Below, piece by piece: positions 56,876 to 64,000 of a stretch of 64,000 nucleotides of DNA. The notes under the pieces are model-generated. The model was not told where the DNA came from. It made no database searches and worked only from the letters and a program-made list of their open reading frames with translations. Both the position numbers and the translations under genes were made by a program. The stretch lies in the IMG/VR virus record IMGVR_UViG_3300029955_000013, positions 1-64,000 of that record, one strand, 5' to 3'. The DNA is from a virus. Position 1 is the first letter of the stretch. Every line of letters begins with the position of its first letter.

Positions 56876-58042
56876 ATGAAAGTAGATGTTAACCAGTTCA
56901 AGGAGATACCTTCTCCTCACGGAGTTGGATTGTGTGTCTACGGCGGCATGAGCGATGAAATCAAGGCATGGACCGAGTATCACGATATAAAGACAGAATT
57001 CCACGGAAGATTTACTAATTTTCTGTTTGACGGCCAGGATCTCGATAATTGTTTCAACGAGGGGAAGGTGTACGATTACGTGGATGGTTTTTCGCCGAAT
57101 CTTAATAAGCATTTGCACCTCGGTCATGCGTCTAATTTTGTAATAGCGAAAGCGTTGCAGAACATGGGAATTGGCAAGAAGTACATTGCGAACCTTGGTG
57201 ATACTGTTACTGGAGCTGTTGATAAGTTCGAGGCGCTCGAGGCTTTGAGTGACCTTTGGGACAAGTTTGATTACAAGGTCGATAAGATTTACTTCGCTAC
57301 ACAATTGGTAGGCGATGTTGAGATGGAGGATGGTACTGGCGATTATGTCGGCACGAAGGTTTTCGACGTGAACGGTCAGAAGATAGTTGGCCAGAAGAGC
57401 AACGGTAATTATAGTTACTTTTACCATGACGTCGTTCTCGCGAGCAAGTTGAAAGGCGAGACTCTGTATATGACCGGTTTCGAGCAGAAGGAGCACTTTG
57501 AGAGCTTGAAGTGTCTTTACCCCGGCACTAACCACCTGATGCTTGGCCTCGTGACGATCGACGGCAGGAAGATGTCGAGTAGCGAGGGTAACGTGATTAT
57601 GTTGGCGGACGTCATGGACACGCTCAGGACCGAATTTGGAGACGATCACCTTGCTTGGAATGTTTTGAGTGGTTATATACTCAAGTCAGACGTGGACTCG
57701 GTTAAGGACATCAATATGGCCAACATAGACAACCCACGACAGTCTCTCGGTTTGTACTTCAGTTACACGCTCGCAAAGTTGAAGAGCGCCGGCATGAATG
57801 TGGAGCTGAAGGAAAAGTTTAATTCTTTTCGGATGCAGTACAAGTTCTTGAAGGCAAAGACGAACCTGCAGCCGAGAATATTGTTCGACGGCATTTTCGA
57901 TGTTGCAAAGAAGATTAGTACTCTATACGTAAACCACCACATAGCAGGCAACAAGAAAAACCAGGAGCTGTACCAGCCTTTGATGGAGGATTTGCTGCTC
58001 GGCATGGTAAAGCTTGGCATGTTTGACGTAGATAAGGTTTAA
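56876..58042 (+). CDS. argS: Shortened arginyl-tRNA synthetase-like protein (388 aa)
   Basis: SPNLNK.LHLGH, KS.G...Y...D, EQ.EHF, KMSSSEGNVI, DALR-like G.Y..YT.A. Confidence 0.85.
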   Translation: MKVDVNQFKEIPSPHGVGLCVYGGMSDEIKAWTEYHDIKTEFHGRFTNFLFDGQDLDNCFNEGKVYDYVDGFSPNLNKHLHLGHASNFVIAKALQNMGIGKKYIANLGDTVTGAVDKFEALEALSDLWDKFDYKVDKIYFATQLVGDVEMEDGTGDYVGTKVFDVNGQKIVGQKSNGNYSYFYHDVVLASKLKGETLYMTGFEQKEHFESLKCLYPGTNHLMLGLVTIDGRKMSSSEGNVIMLADVMDTLRTEFGDDHLAWNVLSGYILKSDVDSVKDINMANIDNPRQSLGLYFSYTLAKLKSAGMNVELKEKFNSFRMQYKFLKAKTNLQPRILFDGIFDVAKKISTLYVNHHIAGNKKNQELYQPLMEDLLLGMVKLGMFDVDKV

Positions 58043-58149
58043 AGATAGTGCACCGGGATGGGATACCGGAACAGAATGCGATCCTCAAAGAATATAGCAA
58101 TTAGGCCGCCTGTGGCTATGTGTTAAATGGTATGAGGCATCCCAACAAT

Positions 58150-58223
58150 GGGGAGGTGGCCAAATGGTGAAGGCACTTGACTGATAATCAAGAGATGTGT
58201 GAGTTCGAGCCTCACTCTCCCCA
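58150..58223 (+). tRNA. tRNA-Ile(GAT)
   Basis: CTTGA-CT GAT AA-TCAAG; GGGGAGG/TCTCCCC-A. Confidence 0.88.
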
Positions 58224-58368
58224 CGAGGCAATAGCAGGTAGCTCATGTACGTACCCTTCTGCAGACGTGGTCAAATCGTGAGCGAAGCATCAATCGTACC
58301 TGTCCACTGTAACGTGCAGTAGTAGCTGACTAAAAATACGAGACAAGTTGCGGAGAGACGCAACAAAC

Positions 58369-58447
58369 GGTGAGGTGATGGAATTGGCAGACATTGGGGA
58401 TAGGATTCCCCTGCGCAAGCGTGGAGGTTCGAGTCCTCCCCTTACCA
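58369..58447 (+). tRNA. Leu-type tRNA body with aberrant 6-nt anticodon loop (TAGGAT)
   Basis: TGATGGAATTGGCAGACAT D-arm, variable arm GCGCAAGCGT, A73; anticodon unreadable. Confidence 0.55.
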
Positions 58448-58462
58448 CTTAAATTTAACGTT

Positions 58463-58729
58463 ATGACAAGTTTATTGAAGTTTAACAAGTCTGTTACCGA
58501 CAGGTTTACGCCTGCCGAGATCGGTGACATGTTGGTTGGCGAAAAGAAGTATGCCTTAGAGGTTGAGGGTGGTAACCGCGAGCCTACGGGCATCTTTAAG
58601 GACGAGGATGGCGACCTGTATGTTACCATACATGGTTACAAGGTTGGCCGCACAGACCTCGAGGTAGAGTTCGTGGTATTTCCACAATATGACAATCACA
58701 CAATTTTTCAAGCGAGGGTACAGATTTAA
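58463..58729 (+). CDS. Hypothetical protein
   Basis: True start 58463 (tracked start overlaps tRNA). Confidence 0.55.
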   Translation: MTSLLKFNKSVTDRFTPAEIGDMLVGEKKYALEVEGGNREPTGIFKDEDGDLYVTIHGYKVGRTDLEVEFVVFPQYDNHTIFQARVQI

Positions 58730-58812
58730 TGGTAAAGAAGATATTGAGATTTTTCGGTTTGTGTAAACCAGAGAGCGTAGAAGATTTTAAACAGCGTATA
58801 TCCAATAGGTAA
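58729..58812 (+). CDS. 27-aa peptide MVKKILRFFGLCKPESVEDFKQRISNR
   Basis: TAATG-coupled at both ends. Confidence 0.45.
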   Translation: MVKKILRFFGLCKPESVEDFKQRISNR

Positions 58813-59234
58813 TGGCAAACTATTTCACGGTTCGGGATCTTATTGAGTTCATAACGAATAACAACATCCCAATGGATGCAAGGATTTATATGCAGCGTGT
58901 GGAAGACGTCTATTTCAACGGAGTGGATATTGGTGGGTGTGGCGGCTATGTGGACGATAACGGTGTTCGCAGTTGTTTTCCGCCTGGTTCTAAAGCTGAT
59001 GGGTGGAAGACTGTCAAGAAAGAGGGTTATGCTTATCGTAAGGCTTTGGAGTTGAACAGAAGGGTAGATGCTGGAGATTTTCACAACAAGGAAGATTTCC
59101 CGGATCTGGAAGACCCTGAGGTTTTAAGGTCGAGCGAGGAAAGGCTCGAGGAGCTCAAGGAACAGTATTATCCTTGCTTCTCTCCGGTTTACTATGCTGA
59201 TCAGAAGGATTTGTTTTTGGATGCACACTATTAA
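58812..59234 (+). CDS. Hypothetical protein
   Basis: Clean ORF. Confidence 0.65.
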   Translation: MANYFTVRDLIEFITNNNIPMDARIYMQRVEDVYFNGVDIGGCGGYVDDNGVRSCFPPGSKADGWKTVKKEGYAYRKALELNRRVDAGDFHNKEDFPDLEDPEVLRSSEERLEELKEQYYPCFSPVYYADQKDLFLDAHY

Positions 59235-59245
59235 ATAAAAATTAT

Positions 59246-59464
59246 ATGGGATTGGTAGTTAACGTTACTTCTAAAGAGATTATTAGTGGCAAGTTTATGA
59301 AAACGCTCATGAAGTTGCAGGGTTATATTCAGGAAGCCAAGGGTGACATTGAGGTTAGCCAGAGTTACAGTGCTAAAGCTGTGCACTCACGGATGGAGCG
59401 GATCATGGAACTTATGGAAGAAGACATGACCGCATTGGCAAACTCGATACAATTACCAGAATGA
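59246..59464 (+). CDS. Hypothetical protein
   Basis: Clean ORF. Confidence 0.55.
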   Translation: MGLVVNVTSKEIISGKFMKTLMKLQGYIQEAKGDIEVSQSYSAKAVHSRMERIMELMEEDMTALANSIQLPE

Positions 59465-59706
59465 ACAAGTTTCTGCAAGAGGATTTTAAGGAAATTATTG
59501 ATCAGTTGTCAGAAAAGCTTGATCCAGGTAGCAAAAAAGTATTGCAAGAGGTGATAATGGATAATCTTGTCGAAATAAAAGAGAAATATCGTCTTTACAA
59601 GAATTCAGGCTCTGGCAGGATTAGCCTTAATTATACCCGTATTGCTATTGATTACTGGAGCCAAGTGCCTCATTTGATTGAGTTTCTTGAAAAATTTTTA
59701 GAGTAA
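59461..59706 (+). CDS. Hypothetical protein
   Basis: ATGA overlap. Confidence 0.55.
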   Translation: MNKFLQEDFKEIIDQLSEKLDPGSKKVLQEVIMDNLVEIKEKYRLYKNSGSGRISLNYTRIAIDYWSQVPHLIEFLEKFLE

Positions 59707-59707
59707 T

Positions 59708-59780
59708 GGCACTGTAGACCAACGGGAGAGTCAACGGCTTTAAACCCCGTCAAGTGTCGGTTCGAGTCCGACCAGTGCTA
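59708..59780 (+). tRNA. tRNA-Leu(TAA), short variable loop
   Basis: ACGGC-TT TAA AC-CCCGT; GGCACTG/CAGTGCT-A. Confidence 0.8.
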
Positions 59781-59794
59781 CAAAAAATAAAAGC

Positions 59795-60328
59795 ATGCCG
59801 CAATCTACGATTGAGTTAAGGGATAAGTTTTGGCACAGGGACGAAGATGGTGTTCCAACGTCGGATGGGATAGAGGAGTGTGAGGACATACTAAGGAAGT
59901 ATGGCGTTACATTTGCTCGTGGGTACATAAGTACCACCGGAATCGATGTTGACATATCTGAAGAACTTAACGATGCCATCGAGTTCTTGGTTTATGAGTG
60001 GGACTATGCTTTCGACGGTTACGTCCAGGACAGGAGTCCGGAGAAAGAGACAGTATCAATATCCAAGGAACTTGCGATAGAGATCATAAAGGTCATAACT
60101 GATAAGACGGATAACGGTTATGAGTGGCGCAATCTCGCAGGCATAGAGTATGAGTTGTTCAAGTTCATGTTCATAGAGGAGATGCCTTATAACTCATACA
60201 AGGACCTAAGCGACGACGAGCTGCGTAAAGCAGTTCACATCTATGCGAAGGACAATCAGTACAGGTGGTATGGTCAGCCCATAGATCAAATAGAAGACGT
60301 GGAAGTAAATGCGGAGGATTTTGGTTAA
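59795..60328 (+). CDS. Hypothetical protein
   Basis: Clean ORF. Confidence 0.6.
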   Translation: MPQSTIELRDKFWHRDEDGVPTSDGIEECEDILRKYGVTFARGYISTTGIDVDISEELNDAIEFLVYEWDYAFDGYVQDRSPEKETVSISKELAIEIIKVITDKTDNGYEWRNLAGIEYELFKFMFIEEMPYNSYKDLSDDELRKAVHIYAKDNQYRWYGQPIDQIEDVEVNAEDFG

Positions 60329-60434
60329 TAAAGTCGGTGGCATTGTTTGACTTGTGATTTTTTAGTGTAATAAAGTCGGTGCGAATTCTGGATTCGAGTT
60401 GTAAACCGAATAATAAAAACTAAAATTGAAGCAA

Positions 60435-60791
60435 ATGTTTAAGTATGTGTCTATTGACGAGTTAGTTGGTAAGGTCTTTAAAGAAGTAACTGCAAGTGTT
60501 GACGAAATGTATTTTATCGCGGAGACGGGAGAGAGATACACGTTCTATCACGACCAGGACTGTTGTGAGTGTGTTAGCATAGAGGATATTGATGGAGACA
60601 TCAGTGATCTTGTTTGCACTCCGATCACGATGGCTGAGGAGACTGTAATGGCAGCAACGGAAGAAGAGTGTAGTGAAAGTGGCACCTGGACTTACTACCG
60701 TTTTGCGACTGTAAGAGGTTACGTTACGGTTAGGTGGTTTGGTTCTTCTAACGGCTATTATTCTGAGGGCGTTTCGTTCGTGAAGTGTTAA
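60435..60791 (+). CDS. Hypothetical phage protein
   Basis: H.QDCCE.V.IEDI, TWT.Y...T..G.V..RW.G.SNGYYSE. Confidence 0.75.
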   Translation: MFKYVSIDELVGKVFKEVTASVDEMYFIAETGERYTFYHDQDCCECVSIEDIDGDISDLVCTPITMAEETVMAATEEECSESGTWTYYRFATVRGYVTVRWFGSSNGYYSEGVSFVKC

Positions 60792-60820
60792 GATGTTTGG
60801 GGTGAAACTCCCCATAAATT

Positions 60821-60893
60821 GGTCCTGTAGCCCAATGGCAGAGGCGATAGGCTTAGAACCTATTTAGTGTCAGTTCGAGTCTGACCAGGACTA
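60821..60893 (+). tRNA. tRNA-Leu(TAG), short variable loop
   Basis: ATAGG-CT TAG AA-CCTAT; GGTCCTG/CAGGACT-A. Confidence 0.88.
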
Positions 60894-60908
60894 CTTTAAA
60901 ATGAGCAA

Positions 60909-61067
60909 ATGGGTGTTGTAATTTTCTTTGCGTTATTGTTAGCAGCTTTTTTGATCGCTATGGTTATCGTTGCTTATGATTTTTACTGCGAGAGGAAGGA
61001 GAAAGATGGCAACTTGACATGGAAGCAATATTTTGATAACAAGAAACCTGATATGGGTGACTATTAA
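60909..61067 (+). CDS. 52-aa single-TM protein (not in ORF track)
   Basis: MGVVIFFALLLAAFLIAMVIVAY... Confidence 0.55.
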   Translation: MGVVIFFALLLAAFLIAMVIVAYDFYCERKEKDGNLTWKQYFDNKKPDMGDY

Positions 61068-61095
61068 CGTTTAATATTGCTCTATAAATAATTTT

Positions 61096-61557
61096 ATGAA
61101 AGATTTTGTTAAGAAGATCGACTCTATAGATCAGTTTCCGCCAGAATGTCTTGCGGAATGTTTGCCTGATTTTTTAAAGAAGTCTCGTTCGAAAGATAAT
61201 GAGCTTGAGTTGGACGATCTGATAGAGGTCATAGTTTGTTATGGCGATCGCGAGGAGTCAATCGAATCGCTTTACGTTAATTTCACTTATAGCTACACAA
61301 CAAAGAACTGGTTGTTCCAAGCTTTCGGTAGCCAGTATCGTAAGGGTGATTTGCTTTGTGATGAGGAAAATGAAAACTACATAACGGTTACAGACATTGC
61401 TGCGAAGAATAAGTACAATGAAGAGCGGCATGATAAGAAGAAGGAGGCTCGCATAAGGCAGTGGGGTGATTTGTTTTCGAGGCACACGAAAGAAGAGTTA
61501 CTTGTAGTGCTGAGCCAAATTGATTTCCCTAAAAGCATTATCGGCAAGATAAGATAG
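61096..61557 (+). CDS. Hypothetical protein
   Basis: Clean ORF. Confidence 0.6.
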   Translation: MKDFVKKIDSIDQFPPECLAECLPDFLKKSRSKDNELELDDLIEVIVCYGDREESIESLYVNFTYSYTTKNWLFQAFGSQYRKGDLLCDEENENYITVTDIAAKNKYNEERHDKKKEARIRQWGDLFSRHTKEELLVVLSQIDFPKSIIGKIR

Positions 61558-61570
61558 TTATAAAAATGTT

Positions 61571-61642
61571 AATCGAGTACCTCAGAGGCCAGAGGCCAGA
61601 GGGATCGACGGAAAGTCGGTGGTTCGACTCCACTCTCGATTT
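61571..61642 (+). pseudogene. tRNA-like RNA with intact acceptor, D and T arms but no anticodon stem
   Basis: AATCGAG/CTCGATT; CCTC/GAGG; GGTGG-TTCGACT-CCACT; CAGAGG repeated 3 times. Confidence 0.6.
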
Positions 61643-61657
61643 CAATAAATTATTCAC

Positions 61658-61966
61658 ATGATAGTCAAGAAGAGATTTCCAAGTTTTTTCAGCGGCTACG
61701 AGGCCGACAAGACGATACACGAGGTATCTACGCATGATGAGCTGATGGAAATAAATTGGGTAAAGGACAAGGTTAAAATTCCAGGTCACATTGGGATTTT
61801 CTACTCGAAGATTCACTTGAACGATACGCCTTATTATCTCATGGCTCTTTCCAAAAGTGATAAAGAAATTATTTATTCTGTTATAGGATACGTGTACGGT
61901 GATGCGGCCCTTTTAGGTTTGACCGACTATACAGACTATATCAAGAAATACAACAGTACCAAGTGA
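61658..61966 (+). CDS. Hypothetical protein
   Basis: Clean ORF. Confidence 0.6.
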   Translation: MIVKKRFPSFFSGYEADKTIHEVSTHDELMEINWVKDKVKIPGHIGIFYSKIHLNDTPYYLMALSKSDKEIIYSVIGYVYGDAALLGLTDYTDYIKKYNSTK

Positions 61967-62012
61967 AATTAGCTGTACCGCTTCAAGAGATAGTGGAGTT
62001 TGCGGTACGAAT

Positions 62013-62114
62013 GCCCGGTTGGCGAAACTGGTAGACGCACTGCCTTGTACTTTTAACGAGGAACAAGGTGGCAGCGCCCGAAAGGGTGTGGGAGTTCGAA
62101 TCTCCCATCGGGTA
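62013..62114 (+). tRNA. tRNA-Leu with 25-nt anticodon loop; Leu(GAG) if 62048-62065 is removed
   Basis: Canonical Leu D-arm, long variable arm, A73; CTGCC/GGCAG stem encloses TTG[18 nt]AGGT. Confidence 0.7.
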
Positions 62115-62184
62115 GGAGTATAAAGTTAATACCTGCACGTGGTATGCTCTGCACACAGATTTATTCTGTGACTAAATTTAACTT

Positions 62185-62421
62185 ATGATCGCGGAATTTA
62201 CTGACGACCTGGTTGATTTCGTCGATCACCATGATTGTTCCATGCACCTCGACATGTTCGACAGCGCCAAGGATAAGGTTTTTAAGTTCGGCGACTGGAA
62301 GCTTAGGTTTGTCCACGACGAAATTGCTGATTGTGATGTTTTTTACGTTTCTTTGATCTCAGATTTAAAGAGACTGAACAATGAGTACAAGCCATACCCG
62401 AATTCCGGAAAGCCTCGATGA
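62185..62421 (+). CDS. Hypothetical protein
   Basis: ORF with AT-rich leader. Confidence 0.5.
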   Translation: MIAEFTDDLVDFVDHHDCSMHLDMFDSAKDKVFKFGDWKLRFVHDEIADCDVFYVSLISDLKRLNNEYKPYPNSGKPR

Positions 62422-62785
62422 GGCGGTAGACATAATAGTATCAAGCACCTCGCCGGAGGTGATAGAGAAATACAAGACCCTCACTGAAAAAGAGATCCTC
62501 AGCGGATCGCACCACTCGCTCGGCATGAGCATTAGGAACAACTGGCACCTATGGTGGGAGGAAAGTCATACTTACGATGAGTGGCCAAAAGAAAAACCAA
62601 AGTTAGTAGAAGAGTTTAATGCGCTCGGCATATACCATGCAGACGACATGAGCGGCATCATATTGTCTTCCGCCATAAGGCGGATACAGGACAAGCCACG
62701 TAAGCTCAATGAGGAAGTTGCGAAGTACAAGAAGTTCTGGGCGAAGCAGGGCTTCGAGGATGGGATATTTAAACCTAAAAAATAA
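62381..62785 (+). CDS. Hypothetical protein (DUF6794-like)
   Basis: P..LDEA, HH.LGM.IRN.W.LW, GI.H.DDMS.II. Confidence 0.7.
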   Translation: MSTSHTRIPESLDEAVDIIVSSTSPEVIEKYKTLTEKEILSGSHHSLGMSIRNNWHLWWEESHTYDEWPKEKPKLVEEFNALGIYHADDMSGIILSSAIRRIQDKPRKLNEEVAKYKKFWAKQGFEDGIFKPKK

Positions 62786-62800
62786 TTATATTTTACATAA

Positions 62801-63937
62801 ATGTTTGGACAGATTAACACAAGGAAGGACTTGCCGCACTATGGTTACCCTTCGATCGAGCAGTTTAGGACGGTGATACACAATGTGAACCACAAGGCTC
62901 ACTACGTTGGCCAGGACGAGAACGGAGATGCCATATACGATCAGACGAGACAGAAGCCGACGCTAAAATTCATCGGTACCACGAAGCTGCATGGCACTAA
63001 CTGCGCGGTGGTAATTGACATCAAGAACGAGATAGTTTACTTCCAGTCGAGAGATAACGTGATAACGCCGGCTGAGGACAATGCGGGAGCAGCTACTTAC
63101 CTCGCCTCTATACAGCAGGACATTGTGAATATGGTTAAGGAGGTGATCCAGGAAGAATTCTACGCAAACGAAGTGTATAATTTCACGATACTCGAGACTA
63201 TGCACAAAGAGGACAAGAACAAGTTCGATACGATAGTTATTTACGGCGAGTGGTGCGGCGGCAGCATTCAGAAGGGAGTGGCTTTGAACGGGCTTGACAA
63301 GATGTTCGTAGTGTTCGACGTCGCCTTCATAGACAGCACCGCCGAGATAAAGCACAAGCGCTGGAAGTCTTACGATTTCGTGCAGAGGATCAAGTTGCCA
63401 AGCAAGAGGGTTTACAACATACTCGACTACAAGGTTTGGGACATCGACATCGATTTTAAGGCGCCTACGTTGTCGCAAAATGATTTGATTGACATAACTA
63501 CTGAGGTTGAGGCTCACTGTCCCGTTGGGCTTGCTTTTGGCAAGGATGGCATAGGAGAGGGAGTTGTTTGGAAGTGCATTACGCCGCCCTACGACGGTGA
63601 TTCGGGCTACTGGATGAAGGTCAAGGGGGAGAAACACTCTTCCTCGAAGGTGAAGACAATTGCGGCAGTCGATGTTGAGAAAGTAAGGAACGTGATTGAG
63701 TTCGTCGACAACGTCGTGACGGAGAGCAGGTGTCTGCAGTCGATCGACAAATTGAGGGAGGCTGGCAAGCCGCTGACGAGAGCGAGCCTCGGCGATTACC
63801 TCAGGTGGATATTCAACGACATCGTAAAGGAGGAGACCGACACGATGGTCGCGAACGGCATAGAGGCCAAGGCTGTTGGCGGTGCGATTTCCAACAAGGC
63901 GAGGGAGTGGTTCTTCGCGAACGAGTTGAATTTTTAA
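62801..63937 (+). CDS. RNA ligase, Rnl2 family
   Basis: Motif I TKLHGTN, FQSR, YGEWCG, FVVFDV, EGVV, KVK; C-terminal helical domain. Confidence 0.88.
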   Translation: MFGQINTRKDLPHYGYPSIEQFRTVIHNVNHKAHYVGQDENGDAIYDQTRQKPTLKFIGTTKLHGTNCAVVIDIKNEIVYFQSRDNVITPAEDNAGAATYLASIQQDIVNMVKEVIQEEFYANEVYNFTILETMHKEDKNKFDTIVIYGEWCGGSIQKGVALNGLDKMFVVFDVAFIDSTAEIKHKRWKSYDFVQRIKLPSKRVYNILDYKVWDIDIDFKAPTLSQNDLIDITTEVEAHCPVGLAFGKDGIGEGVVWKCITPPYDGDSGYWMKVKGEKHSSSKVKTIAAVDVEKVRNVIEFVDNVVTESRCLQSIDKLREAGKPLTRASLGDYLRWIFNDIVKEETDTMVANGIEAKAVGGAISNKAREWFFANELNF

Positions 63938-63948
63938 ACATAATAAAT

Positions 63949-63980
63949 GGGAGGAGGCATAAAGGCTTCCTTCCTCTTTT
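63949..63980 (+). terminator. Probable intrinsic terminator
   Basis: Imperfect GC-rich hairpin (GGGAGGAGGC...GCTTCCTTCC) then T-rich tail. Confidence 0.5.
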
Positions 63981-64000
63981 AAGCATGAAACCTATACTGG

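Noticed and set aside
56858-57649. Long antisense ORFs (56858-57649, 62963-63637, 40966-41637 and many inside the giant fibre)
   Set aside because: They lie opposite well-supported genes, have no recognisable motifs, and are explained by codon bias.
58224-58325. Theta/HDV-like or hammerhead ribozyme after tRNA-Ile
   Set aside because: I could not place the nested double pseudoknot or CUGANGA/GAAA cores by eye; kept only as a generic structured RNA candidate.
59708-59780. Reading this tRNA as an ochre suppressor (TTA)
   Set aside because: Only the TAA register gives a paired stem with a 7-nt loop, and TAA is the phage's main stop codon.
1-64000. Stop-codon recoding (TAG or TGA read as an amino acid), as in some large Bacteroidota phages
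   Set aside because: Long genes are intact under the standard code, TAG ends a gene cleanly at 37403, and no suppressor tRNA (CTA/TCA) was found.
1-64000. CRISPR array
   Set aside because: No regularly spaced repeat-spacer series; the 60326/60368 repeat has only two 14-bp copies.

Overview
Segment of a large T4-like (myovirus, probably jumbo) phage genome, most likely infecting Bacteroidota: it has TAnnTTTG promoters, AT-rich leaders without Shine-Dalgarno sites, and Sec signal peptides cleaved before Gln. The standard genetic code fits. 1-43 kb is mainly a late/structural region: modular fibre/adhesin proteins (two fibre-like proteins and a beta-propeller with signal peptides, plus one fibre of 2670 aa), tail tube, portal with two mini-inteins, FN3 proteins, baseplate hub/wedge genes, endolysin-like protein, glycosyltransferase and ClpP. 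Many of these genes are preceded by a TATTTAAA motif. A perfect 57-bp inverted repeat brackets 24.2-43.0 kb. 43-64 kb is a translation-takeover region: tmRNA, about 20 tRNA/tRNA-like genes, four shortened aminoacyl-tRNA synthetases (Gly, Glu, Ala, Arg type) and an Rnl2-type RNA ligase. The most striking signal lies at the head of the tRNA array: a promoter, a 30-codon leader ORF and overlapping antiterminator/terminator hairpins. The leader's 16-codon core uses only Ile/Leu/Gly/Thr/Glu codons, the same amino acids served by the readable tRNAs downstream in this window. This is a candidate translation-sensing attenuator for a phage tRNA-rescue operon. The array also holds unusual tRNA architectures: a D-arm-rewired tRNA-Ile(UAU), a circularly permuted tRNA-like RNA, and a tRNA-Leu with an 18-nt insert in the anticodon. 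All calls come from manual reading; no searches or folding programs were run.
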